Notes: generated by a model not told the origin, from the sequence alone. Positions 27,305-37,471 are shown, counted from the stretch's first letter. The stretch: DNA of 64,000 nucleotides from Gammaproteobacteria bacterium (GCA_965221955.1 CBDCTA010000029.1:128001-192000), one strand, 5' to 3'. A program made the numbers and translations.

Positions 27305-27622
27305 TTAATCGCGTGCGCGACCCATCGCATCTTTAGCAATGTCGTTCGCATAGAACTCACGAATTTGTGCAACAGGTTCAATACGATTTGCGCCTGAACC
27401 GGTTAAGCATTGATCTTTTTTGTCTACTGCCCACATTACATAAGCAGTAAATCCTACAAAGTCTTCAGGAAGCTGATCTTTATGTGGGATACCGGTGTGT
27501 TCTACTCGGTCACCCTTTAATTCTTTTTTAATACGAGCCAGTTCGTTTTTAAGATCGTTAACATCTTCGCCGTCCCATTGGCCGACTACTTCGCCTTTTC
27601 TGCTTATTATATCGTTAGACAT
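27305..27622 (-). CDS. Hypothetical protein
   Basis: 105-aa ORF with an AGGGA RBS-like sequence. Confidence 0.7.
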   Translation of the reverse strand: MSNDIISRKGEVVGQWDGEDVNDLKNELARIKKELKGDRVEHTGIPHKDQLPEDFVGFTAYVMWAVDKKDQCLTGSGANRIEPVAQIREFYANDIAKDAMGRARD

Positions 27623-27811
27623 GTTATCCCTTGTTTAGTAGTTATGAAAATTTCAGTAAATAAATTCTGTTACATGAAACTTGTTATTTCAAGTTAGGAT
27701 TAAATGGTCGTTCAAATTGATGTGGATGAAGATCTAGGCATGGTAGGTTTTGAGGCAACAATTAACACTACTTGGGCAGTATTGTAGAAATTTATTTTGA
27801 TAGATAATCTT

Positions 27812-27839
27812 AAAACGCGGTTATTAATGCCGCGTTTTT
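27812..27839 (-). terminator. Rho-independent terminator after the CbbQ-like gene
   Basis: AAAACGCGG..CCGCGTTTTT. Confidence 0.65.
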
Positions 27840-27863
27840 GTTTGTGTAGGTAAAAGTAATAAG

Positions 27864-28676
27864 TTAAAAAACTGAAGAACTTAATTCATTTACTGCGGTT
27901 AGCATTTCAGTGTCATCGGTAAGCGCTTGAGAAATACAACTTGAGCAAGCAGTAACAGGGTTTACTCCACTAACAATTAATTTTCCTGCATGTACTAGTA
28001 GACGAGTACTTGCGCCTTCATCTAAACCGCTACCTTTTAGGTTACGAGTCATTTGTGCAAACTTAACAAGCTGTTTTGCAGTGTTGTTATCTACACCAGT
28101 TTCTTTTTCTACAATTTTTTGTTCGGTAGTTGCATCAGGGTAGTCAAATTCTAAAGCGACAAAACGTTGGCGCGTACTTTGTTTTAAATCTTTTAAAACA
28201 CTTTGATAACCAGGGTTATAGGAAATTGCCATACAAAATTCGGGTGGTGCCTCGAGTAATTCACCTAATTTTTCCATCGGCAATACGCGTCGATCATCAC
28301 AAAGAGGGTGTATCACTACGGTCGTGTCTTTGCGTGCTTCGACAATTTCATCTAAATAACAAATGCTGCCTGTGCGTACGGCACGAGCAAGTGGACCATC
28401 TACCCAAACGGTTTCACCACCAGTTACTAAGTAGCGCCCTATGAGATCAGATGCAGTTAAATCATCGTGGCATGAGACGGTAATGAGCGGGCGTTTGAGT
28501 TTCCAACCCATGTATTCCATGAAACGTGTTTTCCCGCAACCAGTAGGGCCTTTTAAAAGAACAGGCAATTGGTTTTTATAGGACGACTCAAACACATTGA
28601 TTTCATCACCTATAGCCTCGTAATAAGGCTCATCTTTTACGAAGTACTCTTCGGGCTTAAAGGATTTAGCTTGCAT
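27864..28676 (-). CDS. CbbQ/NirQ/NorQ-family AAA+ ATPase
   Basis: [51 protein letters not shown]. Confidence 0.92.
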   Translation of the reverse strand: MQAKSFKPEEYFVKDEPYYEAIGDEINVFESSYKNQLPVLLKGPTGCGKTRFMEYMGWKLKRPLITVSCHDDLTASDLIGRYLVTGGETVWVDGPLARAVRTGSICYLDEIVEARKDTTVVIHPLCDDRRVLPMEKLGELLEAPPEFCMAISYNPGYQSVLKDLKQSTRQRFVALEFDYPDATTEQKIVEKETGVDNNTAKQLVKFAQMTRNLKGSGLDEGASTRLLVHAGKLIVSGVNPVTACSSCISQALTDDTEMLTAVNELSSSVF

Positions 28677-28737
28677 GATGTAAATATTTTTAAATTGTGT
28701 TTAATACTACTGTTTATGGTCGTTTTTCACACACAAT

Positions 28738-28779
28738 TATCAGTCAAATTTCTATCAGTCAAATTTCAGTAGCAAATTT
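28738..28779. repeat. Short tandem direct repeat in the divergent cbbQ-like/aprM promoter region
   Basis: TATCAGTCAAATTTC twice plus a degenerate third copy (AGTAGCAAATTT). Confidence 0.6.
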
Positions 28780-29007
28780 AACCTACTTATATACGCATAA
28801 TTGTACTCAACGTACATTACAGAAAAATCTATGCGCAATCGCTATACGCTATATAGAAATCACAAATAAGTGCTAGAAATGAACAACTTACACCACAGTG
28901 ATATAAGGGTACTTAAAAGCACTATAACTTTATTTTTATTGAATTGTTATAGATTAGCTATCAGACTTATCGACCCAAAAAAATAACTTAAGCGGAAATC
29001 CTTAATA

Positions 29008-29862
29008 ATGTTTTCAATTAATCCCTTTGCTGAGCTCTCGGCATTAATATCTCCCACTGTCATACAGGCATATATCGTCCTTATGTTTATCATGGTTGTT
29101 GTCGGTACAATTCTAGACATGATGCATAAAAAGAGTGCCCAGTACTTTTTTGAAAATGCAGAAAAAGCAAAAAAGAATGCCAAGCGAACTTTAAGTGGTG
29201 GTGAGAAGGCATCGCTTGCGGTAGCAACTGTGGCGAATGAGGTTTTAACTTCTGGTGAATTTGCTAAAAGACCCAGTCGTCGTTTTTCTCATCTGCTAAC
29301 AATGTACGGTTTCATTATTTTTGTTGTAACTACCGCATGGTTGATTTTTGGTTATCTTGCTCCTGATGCAGCAGCACCAAAAGCACTGACAGCTCTATGG
29401 CACATCGGGGCAATTATGTTGTGTTTAGGGGGTTACTGGTTCTGGTTTTTCATCCGTGTAGATGTTTCTTCTGAAGGGGTGAAGTGGTACAACTTCAATG
29501 GTCGCGGTGACATCTTCATTGTAGGACTGATTGCGATGGGTACTTTCGCGTTACTTTGGTCTGGCACACTCAATAAAGGCGGATTACTGAACATGATTTT
29601 CCTTGTGCTATTCATTGCATCAAGCACAGTTTTATTCTGCACAGTTTTTTGGTCTAAGTTTGCGCATATGTTCTTCAAGCCTGCTGCGGCGTACCAAAAG
29701 CGTTGCATCAAGGCGGATGGTTCTTATGAGAATCTACCGGAAATTGGAGACTTATCGGACCCTGAAATACATGCAAGGTATCCAGATATTCCAGAATACA
29801 TGGGTAAAAACCCAACTGATATGGGACTTGGAATTAAAGCTGAAGCTCCACGCCATTACTAA
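29008..29862 (+). CDS. aprM: APS reductase membrane anchor
   Basis: Multi-TM protein directly upstream of aprBA, with HKKSAQYFF, SHLLTMYGF, WSKFAHMFFKPAAA. Confidence 0.88.
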   Translation: MFSINPFAELSALISPTVIQAYIVLMFIMVVVGTILDMMHKKSAQYFFENAEKAKKNAKRTLSGGEKASLAVATVANEVLTSGEFAKRPSRRFSHLLTMYGFIIFVVTTAWLIFGYLAPDAAAPKALTALWHIGAIMLCLGGYWFWFFIRVDVSSEGVKWYNFNGRGDIFIVGLIAMGTFALLWSGTLNKGGLLNMIFLVLFIASSTVLFCTVFWSKFAHMFFKPAAAYQKRCIKADGSYENLPEIGDLSDPEIHARYPDIPEYMGKNPTDMGLGIKAEAPRHY

Positions 29863-29903
29863 TTCAAACTAATAACGAATTTAATTTTAGAGAGAAAAAT
29901 ATT

Positions 29904-30386
29904 ATGCCTACTTTCGTATATATGACTCGCTGTGATGGTTGTGGTCATTGCGTTGATATCTGCCCTTCAGACATCATGCACATCGATACTACAACTCGAC
30001 GTGCTTATAACATTGAACCAAACATGTGCTGGGAGTGTTACTCCTGTGTAAAGGCTTGCCCACACAATGCGATCGATGTTCGTGGTTACGCTGACTTCGC
30101 ACCCCTTGGTCACTCAGTGCGTGTAATTCGTGATGAGGAGAAAGGTGTTATCGCATGGCGTATTAAATCACGTAACGGTAAAAAAGATATGAATCTATTG
30201 GCGCCGATCACCACTAAGCCATGGGGTTCGGCAACTCCTCAGTTGAAAGACGAGCCCGCTCCAAGTGATGAGATGCGTAAAAGTCAGTTGCTATTCAACG
30301 AGCCAAAATATATTCGTTTAGATGATGGTGACATCCACACGCTTGAATCAAACGGCTTGGAGATGAAAGAAGGGGTGTACTACTAA
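29904..30386 (+). CDS. aprB: Adenylylsulfate reductase beta subunit
   Basis: MPTFVYMTRCDGCGHCVDICPSDIM, CWECYSCVKACP. Confidence 0.97.
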   Translation: MPTFVYMTRCDGCGHCVDICPSDIMHIDTTTRRAYNIEPNMCWECYSCVKACPHNAIDVRGYADFAPLGHSVRVIRDEEKGVIAWRIKSRNGKKDMNLLAPITTKPWGSATPQLKDEPAPSDEMRKSQLLFNEPKYIRLDDGDIHTLESNGLEMKEGVYY

Positions 30387-32269
30387 TGTCTTATAAAACT
30401 ATTGTTGAAGACGGTATCGATATTCTAGTTGCTGGTGCCGGTATGGCTGGTACAGGTGCCGCATTTGAAGCACGTTATTGGGGTCAAAATAAGAAAATTG
30501 TCATTGCTGAAAAAGCAAATATGGATCGCTCAGGTGCAGTTGCACAAGGGCTATATGCAATTAATACGTACATGGGAACCCGATTTGGTGAAAATAACCC
30601 AGAAGATCATGTTCGTTACGCACGCATCGATTTGATGGGCATGGTTCGTGAAGACTTGCTGTTTGATATGGCACGACACGTAGATTCTGCAGTACACCAA
30701 TTTGAAGAGTGGGGTCTGCCACTCATGCGTGACCCTAAGACAGGTGCTTATCAACGTGAAGGTCGTTGGCAAATTATGATTCACGGTGAATCCTATAAGC
30801 CCATTGTATCCAACGCTGCAAAGAAATCTGCGGACGAAGTATTTAACCGTATTTGTGTAACTCATCTATTGATGGACGAATCACAAGAAAATCGTGTTGC
30901 AGGTGCTGTTGGTTTCAACGTTCGTACTGGTAACTATCACGTATTCAAATCTAAAACGGTTATTTGTGCAGCGGGTGGCGCTTCAAATATTTATAAGCCA
31001 CGTTCAGTGGGTGAAGGTGCAGGTCGAGTTTGGTATGCACCATGGTCATCAGGTTCAGCTTATGGTTTGATGATTGGTGCGGGCGCCAAAATGACGCAGA
31101 TGGAAAACCGTATTGTATTAGCACGTTTCAAGGACGGTTATGGTCCTGTAGGTGCATATTTCTTGCATCTCAAAACCTACACGCAGAACGGTTTAGGTGA
31201 AGAGTATGAATCAAAGTGGTGGGAACAAACACAAGAAATGGTGGGTAAGGAATACTTAGACCCAGAAGTTTCGCATAGAACGCATCGTCCAATTCCAACT
31301 TGTTTACGTAATCATGCGTTTATCTCTGAAGTAAATGCTGGTCGTGGCCCGATTCACATGGTAACCATGGAAGCGTTCCAAGATCCTCATCTTGAAGAGA
31401 TCGGTTGGCACAACTTCTTAGGTATGACTGTAGGTCAGGCAGTACTTTGGGCGGCTACAGATGTAGATCCTAAATACGAAAATCCTGAACTGACCACTTC
31501 AGAACCCTATGTTATGGGTTCACATGCAACCGGTTGTGGTGCATGGGTATCTGGTCCTGAAGATTTGTCTCCACCAGAATATTTCTGGGGCTATAACCGT
31601 ATGACTACGGTTGCAGGGTTGTTTGGAGCAGGTGATGCTGCAGGTGGAACACCACATGCGTTTTCTTCTGGTTCATTCACTGAGGGTCGATTAGCTGCAA
31701 AAGCGGCTTGTCAATACATTGATGATGGTAAGGCAGAAGGCATCAAGGTTTCTCAAGATCAGATTGATCGCCGCAAAGCGGAAATCTACAAGCCGATGGA
31801 ACATTACAAAATCTATCGTAATGAGATCACTGCAGGTTCTGTTAATCCTAATTACATCAACCCACGTCAAGGTCTCGATCGCTTGCAGAAGCTAATGGAC
31901 GAGTACGGCGGTGGAGTAACAGTGAACTATATGACCAACGAAAAGTTGCTCAACATCGGTTTGAAGAAAATCAAAACGCTGGAAGAAGATCTTGAAAAGA
32001 TTGCTGCAGAAGACATCCATGAACTATTACGTGCATGGGAATTGAAGCATCGTACGCTCGCTTCCGAAGCAGTATTGCAGCACACTCTTTTCCGTAAAGA
32101 GACACGTTGGCCGGGTTACTACTACCGTGGTGACTTTATGAAAGTGGATGATCAAAACTGGCATGTTTTGACTGTTTCTCGCCGTGATCCTGAAACTGGT
32201 GAGTACACCATGGAGAAGGCGCCTTGCTATCACTTAGTTGGTGATGAAGAGAAGCAAGCTGCTGCATAA
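30386..32269 (+). CDS. aprA: Adenylylsulfate reductase alpha subunit
   Basis: RSGAVAQGL, WQIMIHGESYK, RFKDGYGPVGA, FSSGSFTEGR, ETRWPGYYYR. Confidence 0.98.
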   Translation: MSYKTIVEDGIDILVAGAGMAGTGAAFEARYWGQNKKIVIAEKANMDRSGAVAQGLYAINTYMGTRFGENNPEDHVRYARIDLMGMVREDLLFDMARHVDSAVHQFEEWGLPLMRDPKTGAYQREGRWQIMIHGESYKPIVSNAAKKSADEVFNRICVTHLLMDESQENRVAGAVGFNVRTGNYHVFKSKTVICAAGGASNIYKPRSVGEGAGRVWYAPWSSGSAYGLMIGAGAKMTQMENRIVLARFKDGYGPVGAYFLHLKTYTQNGLGEEYESKWWEQTQEMVGKEYLDPEVSHRTHRPIPTCLRNHAFISEVNAGRGPIHMVTMEAFQDPHLEEIGWHNFLGMTVGQAVLWAATDVDPKYENPELTTSEPYVMGSHATGCGAWVSGPEDLSPPEYFWGYNRMTTVAGLFGAGDAAGGTPHAFSSGSFTEGRLAAKAACQYIDDGKAEGIKVSQDQIDRRKAEIYKPMEHYKIYRNEITAGSVNPNYINPRQGLDRLQKLMDEYGGGVTVNYMTNEKLLNIGLKKIKTLEEDLEKIAAEDIHELLRAWELKHRTLASEAVLQHTLFRKETRWPGYYYRGDFMKVDDQNWHVLTVSRRDPETGEYTMEKAPCYHLVGDEEKQAAA

Positions 32270-32320
32270 AGCATGGAATCAAGAGACCACTTCTTATAGA
32301 GGTCTTAAATCTTGATTGAA

Positions 32321-32352
32321 GAAAAAAGATCAACATGTGTTGGTCTTTTTTC
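32321..32352 (+). terminator. Terminator after aprA
   Basis: GAAAAAAGATCAAC..GTTGGTCTTTTTTC hairpin. Confidence 0.7.
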
Positions 32353-32402
32353 ATTTTTAAGACTAGAAAAATTTTATCGCAATACATGTTATAGAGATTT
32401 AC

Positions 32403-32753
32403 ATGAACATTATTGAAAAAACAGACGACGAACTCTTAGAAATTGCAAATCCGATGTGGGATGACCTCATCAAGTATTCTAACGAAGGTGAATATGGAAA
32501 ATTTGTTCGAAAATTTTCTTACGACTTATTGTTTGGCCTGAATGAAGTTGAGGTAGGTAAACAGTTTGCACGCAGTGAGCTTACAAGAAACTTAAACACT
32601 GATTATGATTTTCTTGGTTTTATTCGTCGAGGTGAACATGTAACCGTTTTATATCGTGTAACCAGCACTAAAAAAGAAGGCGAGTGGCTAGGGCGCATGG
32701 TATTGGGTTATGAGAAAGATGAAGTACGAATTTTTGGCGCATCTATTTTCTAG
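32403..32753 (+). CDS. Hypothetical protein
   Basis: 116-aa ORF with RBS. No motif recognised. Confidence 0.7.
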   Translation: MNIIEKTDDELLEIANPMWDDLIKYSNEGEYGKFVRKFSYDLLFGLNEVEVGKQFARSELTRNLNTDYDFLGFIRRGEHVTVLYRVTSTKKEGEWLGRMVLGYEKDEVRIFGASIF

Positions 32754-32774
32754 CAGGTATTTCACTAATCAGAT

Positions 32775-33314
32775 ATGAATGAAATGACTAAAGAACTTAT
32801 CGCAGAGGGGAAGTATGTTGAATTAACATACAAGGTCATTGACTTAAAAACCGATGCTGTACTGACGACCGTCGAGTTTCCAATTGGTTATATTCATGGT
32901 GTAACGGAAGCACTTGCACCACAAGTGACTGCAGAACTAGAAGGTAAAGAGGTCGGGGATGAGATCAATGTGCCGATCGATTGCAATAAGTTATACGGCC
33001 CCAGGGATGAATCTTTAGTATTCATTGACGACATTAATAATGTACCTGAAGAGTATCGTGAAGTTGGTATGTCGATCCTGATGGAAAATGAAAAAGGTGA
33101 GGCAAAAAGTTTTCTTGTTACAAGGGTCGATGAAAAGTCAGTGACTATTGATGGTAATAATCCACTTTGTGGTCGAGAGGTTATTTTCAAACTCGAGATT
33201 CTCACTGTGCGTGATGCAACAGAAGAAGAAGTGGAAGCAGGCGGTCCACTTGATGCCGACCCTGATATTAGTGAGATTGTAGGTACAGACCAAAAAGTAC
33301 AACCCATCAACTAG
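32775..33314 (+). CDS. FKBP-type peptidyl-prolyl isomerase (SlyD-like, no His-rich tail)
   Basis: VELTY, YIHG, YGPRDE, VTIDGNNPLCGREVIF..VRDATEEE. Confidence 0.88.
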   Translation: MNEMTKELIAEGKYVELTYKVIDLKTDAVLTTVEFPIGYIHGVTEALAPQVTAELEGKEVGDEINVPIDCNKLYGPRDESLVFIDDINNVPEEYREVGMSILMENEKGEAKSFLVTRVDEKSVTIDGNNPLCGREVIFKLEILTVRDATEEEVEAGGPLDADPDISEIVGTDQKVQPIN

Positions 33315-33334
33315 TTTCTCAACGGAGAAACGCA

Positions 33335-34444
33335 TTGCCTCAAAACCTATACGCCGAAACCCTACTAACTCCAGGTCTTGGGGTGCCCATGGTGTGGCGC
33401 TATCAAAATGAAGCACGATACCTAATTGAATTACTAGATAGTGATTCCCCTGTTCGTGGCGCACTTTCTCAAGCAATTGATCGCTATGGCGATACTTTTT
33501 TTGAATTATCAGCAAATAAAGAAACACTTATTGAGTGGGCCAATTCACAAAATACTTTAGTCGATACCGCAGATGTTAGAGAGTTAAGACTAGGTGGTGC
33601 ACATGTTTTTCAACAAGCCATCGAACTTTTTCAAGGTTTGCAAATGGTGGTTGAAAAAGAAGATGATTCTGTTAAATGGTCTGCAATACATCACAACATT
33701 GGTGATGTGATGGGGTTTATTGGACAACGTAGTGGCAGTACACATTTTCTTGAGCAAGCTGCCATGTCTTATGAGCAAGCCTTAGAGGCACGCACCTTTG
33801 AAGAAACACCGTACGAATGGGGGCTAACACAATATAATTTGGGTGTAGTGTTACAAACACTTGGTCAACTCGAAGACGATCTAAACTTATTAAAGCAGGC
33901 AGGTGAAATTTATAAACAAGCTTCGACTGCACTGAAAAGAGAAGAACATCCGCAGGATTGGGCGACTGCTTTGTTAAGTGTCGGAAATGTGCTTTGTTTG
34001 TTGGGCGTGCATCGTCGCGGACCGCGCACTTTAGAGCAGGCTGTTGTAGTCATGCGTAATGCTATGGCGGAACGCACACCTGAAAAATCGGCTTATGGAT
34101 GGGCGATTACGCAAAACAATCTAGCCGTTGCATTGCAATCATTAGGCACGCATGAAGAAGATATTCAATCTCTTGAGGAGTCTCTTCCTATCTATGATGC
34201 AATCTTAAAGGCATTACCGAAAGAAGAAGTGCCAATGATGTGGGCGATGGTTGCAGCTAATCGCGCTTCGGCTATGTATGCTTTGGCCAGCGAGTCAGAT
34301 TATTTAGATATGGCTGAGATGGCTGCATCGGAATTTAATGCCATAGCTGAATTATTTGCAGGGGCAGAGTTGATGCACTATCAACAATTGGCTGAAGTAC
34401 GTAAAGATCGATCTGAAGAATTAGTGAAATTACTTCAGGTGTAG
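33335..34444 (+). CDS. Tetratricopeptide-repeat protein
   Basis: Repeated W..TQ.NLG.(V/A)LQ.LG units. Start codon uncertain. Confidence 0.8.
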   Translation: MPQNLYAETLLTPGLGVPMVWRYQNEARYLIELLDSDSPVRGALSQAIDRYGDTFFELSANKETLIEWANSQNTLVDTADVRELRLGGAHVFQQAIELFQGLQMVVEKEDDSVKWSAIHHNIGDVMGFIGQRSGSTHFLEQAAMSYEQALEARTFEETPYEWGLTQYNLGVVLQTLGQLEDDLNLLKQAGEIYKQASTALKREEHPQDWATALLSVGNVLCLLGVHRRGPRTLEQAVVVMRNAMAERTPEKSAYGWAITQNNLAVALQSLGTHEEDIQSLEESLPIYDAILKALPKEEVPMMWAMVAANRASAMYALASESDYLDMAEMAASEFNAIAELFAGAELMHYQQLAEVRKDRSEELVKLLQV

Positions 34445-34470
34445 TATGGGTATTAAACCGTCATTATTAC

Positions 34471-34615
34471 TAGAACCTATCTAAAAATTGTAGATTTTAT
34501 GTTTAGGTTAGGTCCGAGCTTTTCGAAAAGCACAGTGTACTCATTTGTACATAAGCATTTGAGAAAAGCGAGAACGACACATAAACTAAAAAGATTCATT
34601 TTAAGATACGCTCTA
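34471..34615. mobile_element. Putative MITE / palindromic element (~145 nt)
   Basis: Imperfect terminal inverted repeats TAGAACCTATCTAAAAAT / ATTTTAAGATACGCTCTA, TA at both ends, and nested internal palindromes (GCTTTTC..GAAAAGC, TGTAC..GTACA). Confidence 0.6.
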
Positions 34616-34616
34616 C

Positions 34617-35486
34617 ATGATTAAGACCTATTCCCAACGTTTGTTAACGCCTTATTACGGTTTAGTACAAATTGCTGAATCTGAACGAGCACGTGCATTA
34701 ACTGTAGATGGGCAAACTTGGGAAATTCAATTTCTTCGTTCTGGAAACGGCAATCAAAGTAGAAATAATATATTTAGACGTGCGGTAAGTATTTCAGATA
34801 GTGAAATTAAGCAAAAAAAACTAGATGCATTATTAGAAAATCAAACAGTAGATGAACGAATTTTAGAATTAACTGATTTTCTTGCGAATGTCACGTTACC
34901 TTTTCCAGCGGTCGATCATTTTGAATACTGGCTGTTAGATAGTTCTGACCAATCACCTTTGGCACTAATTTTTTCCTGCAAAGAATCAGAACAAATGGAA
35001 GCATATCCATCACGTCCTGAGTGGACGGCATTACCTGCTGCAGTGATGCCAATAGAAGTGACTGAAGACGAAAAGTCTTATGCTGCTGCACCTGTTAATT
35101 ATCGCTTAGAACGTTTAGTTGCTGAGCGAGCTGGTTTTAACCCAAAGGCAAAATGGTTTACCAGATTGAATGAAGAACAATCTTTTCCATCATTCATGTT
35201 GAGAGAAGACTGGAAAGAAGAAGAAAGTACTGACTTGTGCCAACGCTATCTGAAACGCCAGTCTCCACGATTACTAATGTTGAACGGCCTGAGTCAGGAA
35301 CTGCGTAGACAGTTGGAAATCAACGCACGTCCTTTTGCGCTTGAGGTTGCGCGTTTTTATTCATTGTATCCAGAAGTGGTTGATCAAACGCTGATGAATT
35401 CTATACTTGTTGAAGCAAGATTACGCAGTGCAACCGAAGATCAGCCTGCGTTGCATGAGCGGAGAGATGGGATTCACTACCTCTAG
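34617..35486 (+). CDS. Hypothetical protein
   Basis: 289-aa ORF. No motif recognised. Confidence 0.75.
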   Translation: MIKTYSQRLLTPYYGLVQIAESERARALTVDGQTWEIQFLRSGNGNQSRNNIFRRAVSISDSEIKQKKLDALLENQTVDERILELTDFLANVTLPFPAVDHFEYWLLDSSDQSPLALIFSCKESEQMEAYPSRPEWTALPAAVMPIEVTEDEKSYAAAPVNYRLERLVAERAGFNPKAKWFTRLNEEQSFPSFMLREDWKEEESTDLCQRYLKRQSPRLLMLNGLSQELRRQLEINARPFALEVARFYSLYPEVVDQTLMNSILVEARLRSATEDQPALHERRDGIHYL

Positions 35487-35553
35487 CATTAATCTAAAAC
35501 TTGATTCATAAGAACACGGTATTATTTGCAAACTTAATTATAGGAAATTCTGT

Positions 35554-35880
35554 ATGCCAAAATATATTTTTACTTATATTGGTGGGAATCACCCCGACAA
35601 TCCTGAAGAGGGTAAAAAACATTTTGAAAAATATCAGGCTTGGTTATCTGATTTAGGAGATTCAGTAGTTAGTCCTGCTATCCCTTTTAAAGATACCCAT
35701 ACTTTGCATCCTGATGGCAGAATAGATCAAGGTACGACTACATTAATTTCAGGTATGAGTATTTTAAATTTTGAATCGATGCAGAGCGCACTTAAGGCTG
35801 CAAAAAACTGTCCGTTTCTGGAAATTAACGGCACACTCGAAGTTTCTGAAATGATAGAAATGCCTAAAACGGTTAATTAG
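35554..35880 (+). CDS. YciI/DGPF-like protein
   Basis: WLSDLG, ISGMSIL..A...AKNCPFL..GTLEVSE. Confidence 0.7.
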   Translation: MPKYIFTYIGGNHPDNPEEGKKHFEKYQAWLSDLGDSVVSPAIPFKDTHTLHPDGRIDQGTTTLISGMSILNFESMQSALKAAKNCPFLEINGTLEVSEMIEMPKTVN

Positions 35881-35897
35881 GCTCACAAAAATTCACG

Positions 35898-36212
35898 ATG
35901 ACACACAAGTTAATACAAAAACATATTTTGTATGGAAAGCGAGAATTCGAGTTACGTGATGATTTTGTAAAAGTTAAAGTCAATAGCTTGCTAGACGAAA
36001 ATAAAGATTTTGAAGTTGAATTAGCAATGATTAATCCCGAGCCTATCATCAGTAAATCACGACTGGAGTTTCACAGTCGTGTGAAATGTAGACCTCTAAT
36101 TTCCTTGTATTTAAATAAACCCAATAAAAAAGACTTTAATGAGTTTGTTGATGCAATTAAATCTAAAGCTAAACAAGAGTTTGATTCTTTTGCTGGAATA
36201 AAAACCAGTTAG
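35898..36212 (+). CDS. Hypothetical protein (paralogue of the N-terminal domain of the next gene)
   Basis: KL.QKH..G..EFE..DD, NPEP.I..S.LEF.SRV and PN...FN.FV shared with 36250. Confidence 0.75.
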   Translation: MTHKLIQKHILYGKREFELRDDFVKVKVNSLLDENKDFEVELAMINPEPIISKSRLEFHSRVKCRPLISLYLNKPNKKDFNEFVDAIKSKAKQEFDSFAGIKTS

Positions 36213-36249
36213 CGTCCTTATAAATGCCATGCTTAATATTTAAAGTGAT

Positions 36250-36894
36250 ATGAGTATTAAACTCACACAAAAACATTTTTTAAAAGGTACAACCGAATTT
36301 GAGATCGTTGATGATCATGTAGAAGTCCGTGCTAAATCCAAATTTAAACAGCAAAAAGGCGAAGTACTTAGTGTTACTTTGGCAGTGCTTAATCCTGAGC
36401 CGGTGATCACTCGATCACACCTTGAGTTCGTAAGTCGTGTAAATGGGGAACCCTTATTGTCCCTAGCTTTGTCCCAACCTAATGTGGGTGAATTTAACGA
36501 CTTTGTGAGTACACTGAAACAAAAAGCACAGCAAGAATACAATGCCATTTCTGGGATGAAGGTGGCTTCTAGCGCTGCCACATTGAATGGCAATGTATAT
36601 GAAGAACCGCCCGAGTTTGATGAAGTTTCCCCAGCAAAAATTAGTAACGACAAGAAAGTGAGTGTTGAAGGGGTCGAGAATGCGATCAATATGTTAAAGA
36701 CCTATGTAAATAACGAAGAAATCCAACCTTTGATAACGGCTTTGGAGACACTCAAACAGGCACCGCAAGATCATTCTAAACTCGTTGAGTTGGCTACAGT
36801 TTTTAATGAGCTTGAATCAAGCCAAGGTGCGGTTTTAACCTATGCGCCTTATATCACTATCATGCTCTCAGATGATCCGTTTGGGTCAGGCTGA
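36250..36894 (+). CDS. Hypothetical protein
   Basis: 214 aa. N-terminal half is similar to 35898, plus a helical C-terminal domain ending DDPF. Confidence 0.75.
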   Translation: MSIKLTQKHFLKGTTEFEIVDDHVEVRAKSKFKQQKGEVLSVTLAVLNPEPVITRSHLEFVSRVNGEPLLSLALSQPNVGEFNDFVSTLKQKAQQEYNAISGMKVASSAATLNGNVYEEPPEFDEVSPAKISNDKKVSVEGVENAINMLKTYVNNEEIQPLITALETLKQAPQDHSKLVELATVFNELESSQGAVLTYAPYITIMLSDDPFGSG

Positions 36895-37061
36895 ATCAAG
36901 ATACACGGAGTACCTCTAGATTCTTCTCTGATAACCCTTTGAGAAAAGGTTATCTATAGATATATTTTTAATATAGATAAAGAGAAATAGTCATGTTGAC
37001 AGGTTAGTTTGTTAAAATTTAGCGATAGAACAATATTTACTTTATAAACGAAAGGTGACTT

Positions 37062-37223
37062 ATGAGTGAAGGAAGCAATACAAGACCCCAGGTTCCTGAG
37101 GGTGAGACTGAATATTACAAAACGCGTCAAATGCAGCCAAATGACAAGGGCTTTATTGGCTATGAAACTGAATGGGTATCCTTTCAAAAAGAAGCAGAAT
37201 ACACAACGCCGAAACGACCATAA
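37062..37223 (+). CDS. Small hypothetical protein, 53 aa (not in ORF track)
   Basis: AAAGGTGA RBS, MSEGSNTRPQVPEGETEYYKTRQMQPNDKGFIGYETEWVSFQKEAEYTTPKRP*, followed by its own terminator. Confidence 0.7.
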   Translation: MSEGSNTRPQVPEGETEYYKTRQMQPNDKGFIGYETEWVSFQKEAEYTTPKRP

Positions 37224-37255
37224 TTTTTGTGTCTAAACTGAATTTTACCAATATG

Positions 37256-37282
37256 AAAAAGGCCCTTATCAAAGGGCCTTTT
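37256..37282 (+). terminator. Rho-independent terminator
   Basis: AAAAAGGCCCTT-ATCA-AAGGGCCTTTT. Confidence 0.8.
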
Positions 37283-37471
37283 AGTTTTTGTGTGTTTCGT
37301 CCCTGATCCACATATTTGATTCGCACATCTATGTTCTCTCCCTTTTTTGAGGGTCTTTTTTGTTTTTTACGATTCATTTTTTAACAAAACTAACCTATTG
37401 AGATGGCTTGGTCTGATACAGATTTAACGTTATAGTCAATCTAAAATATGTAACGTAATACCTTGAAGATT

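Noticed and set aside
27717-27730. Near-FNR box TTGAT-GTGG-ATGAA
   Set aside because: One mismatch, upstream of a hypothetical gene, with no supporting context.
28947-33527. Numerous short antisense or alternate-frame ORFs inside aprMBA and slyD-like genes (and likewise in ilvB, RND, cco and GGDEF genes)
   Set aside because: Shadow ORFs of well-supported genes, with no motifs or RBS.
36954-37377. Minus-strand track ORFs 36954-37187 and 37153-37377
   Set aside because: They overlap the better-supported plus-strand 53-aa gene and its terminator.
37062-37460. ilvB attenuator with leader peptide
   Set aside because: The upstream ORF lacks Ile/Leu/Val runs and its terminator is about 190 nt before ilvB, so it looks like an independent gene.
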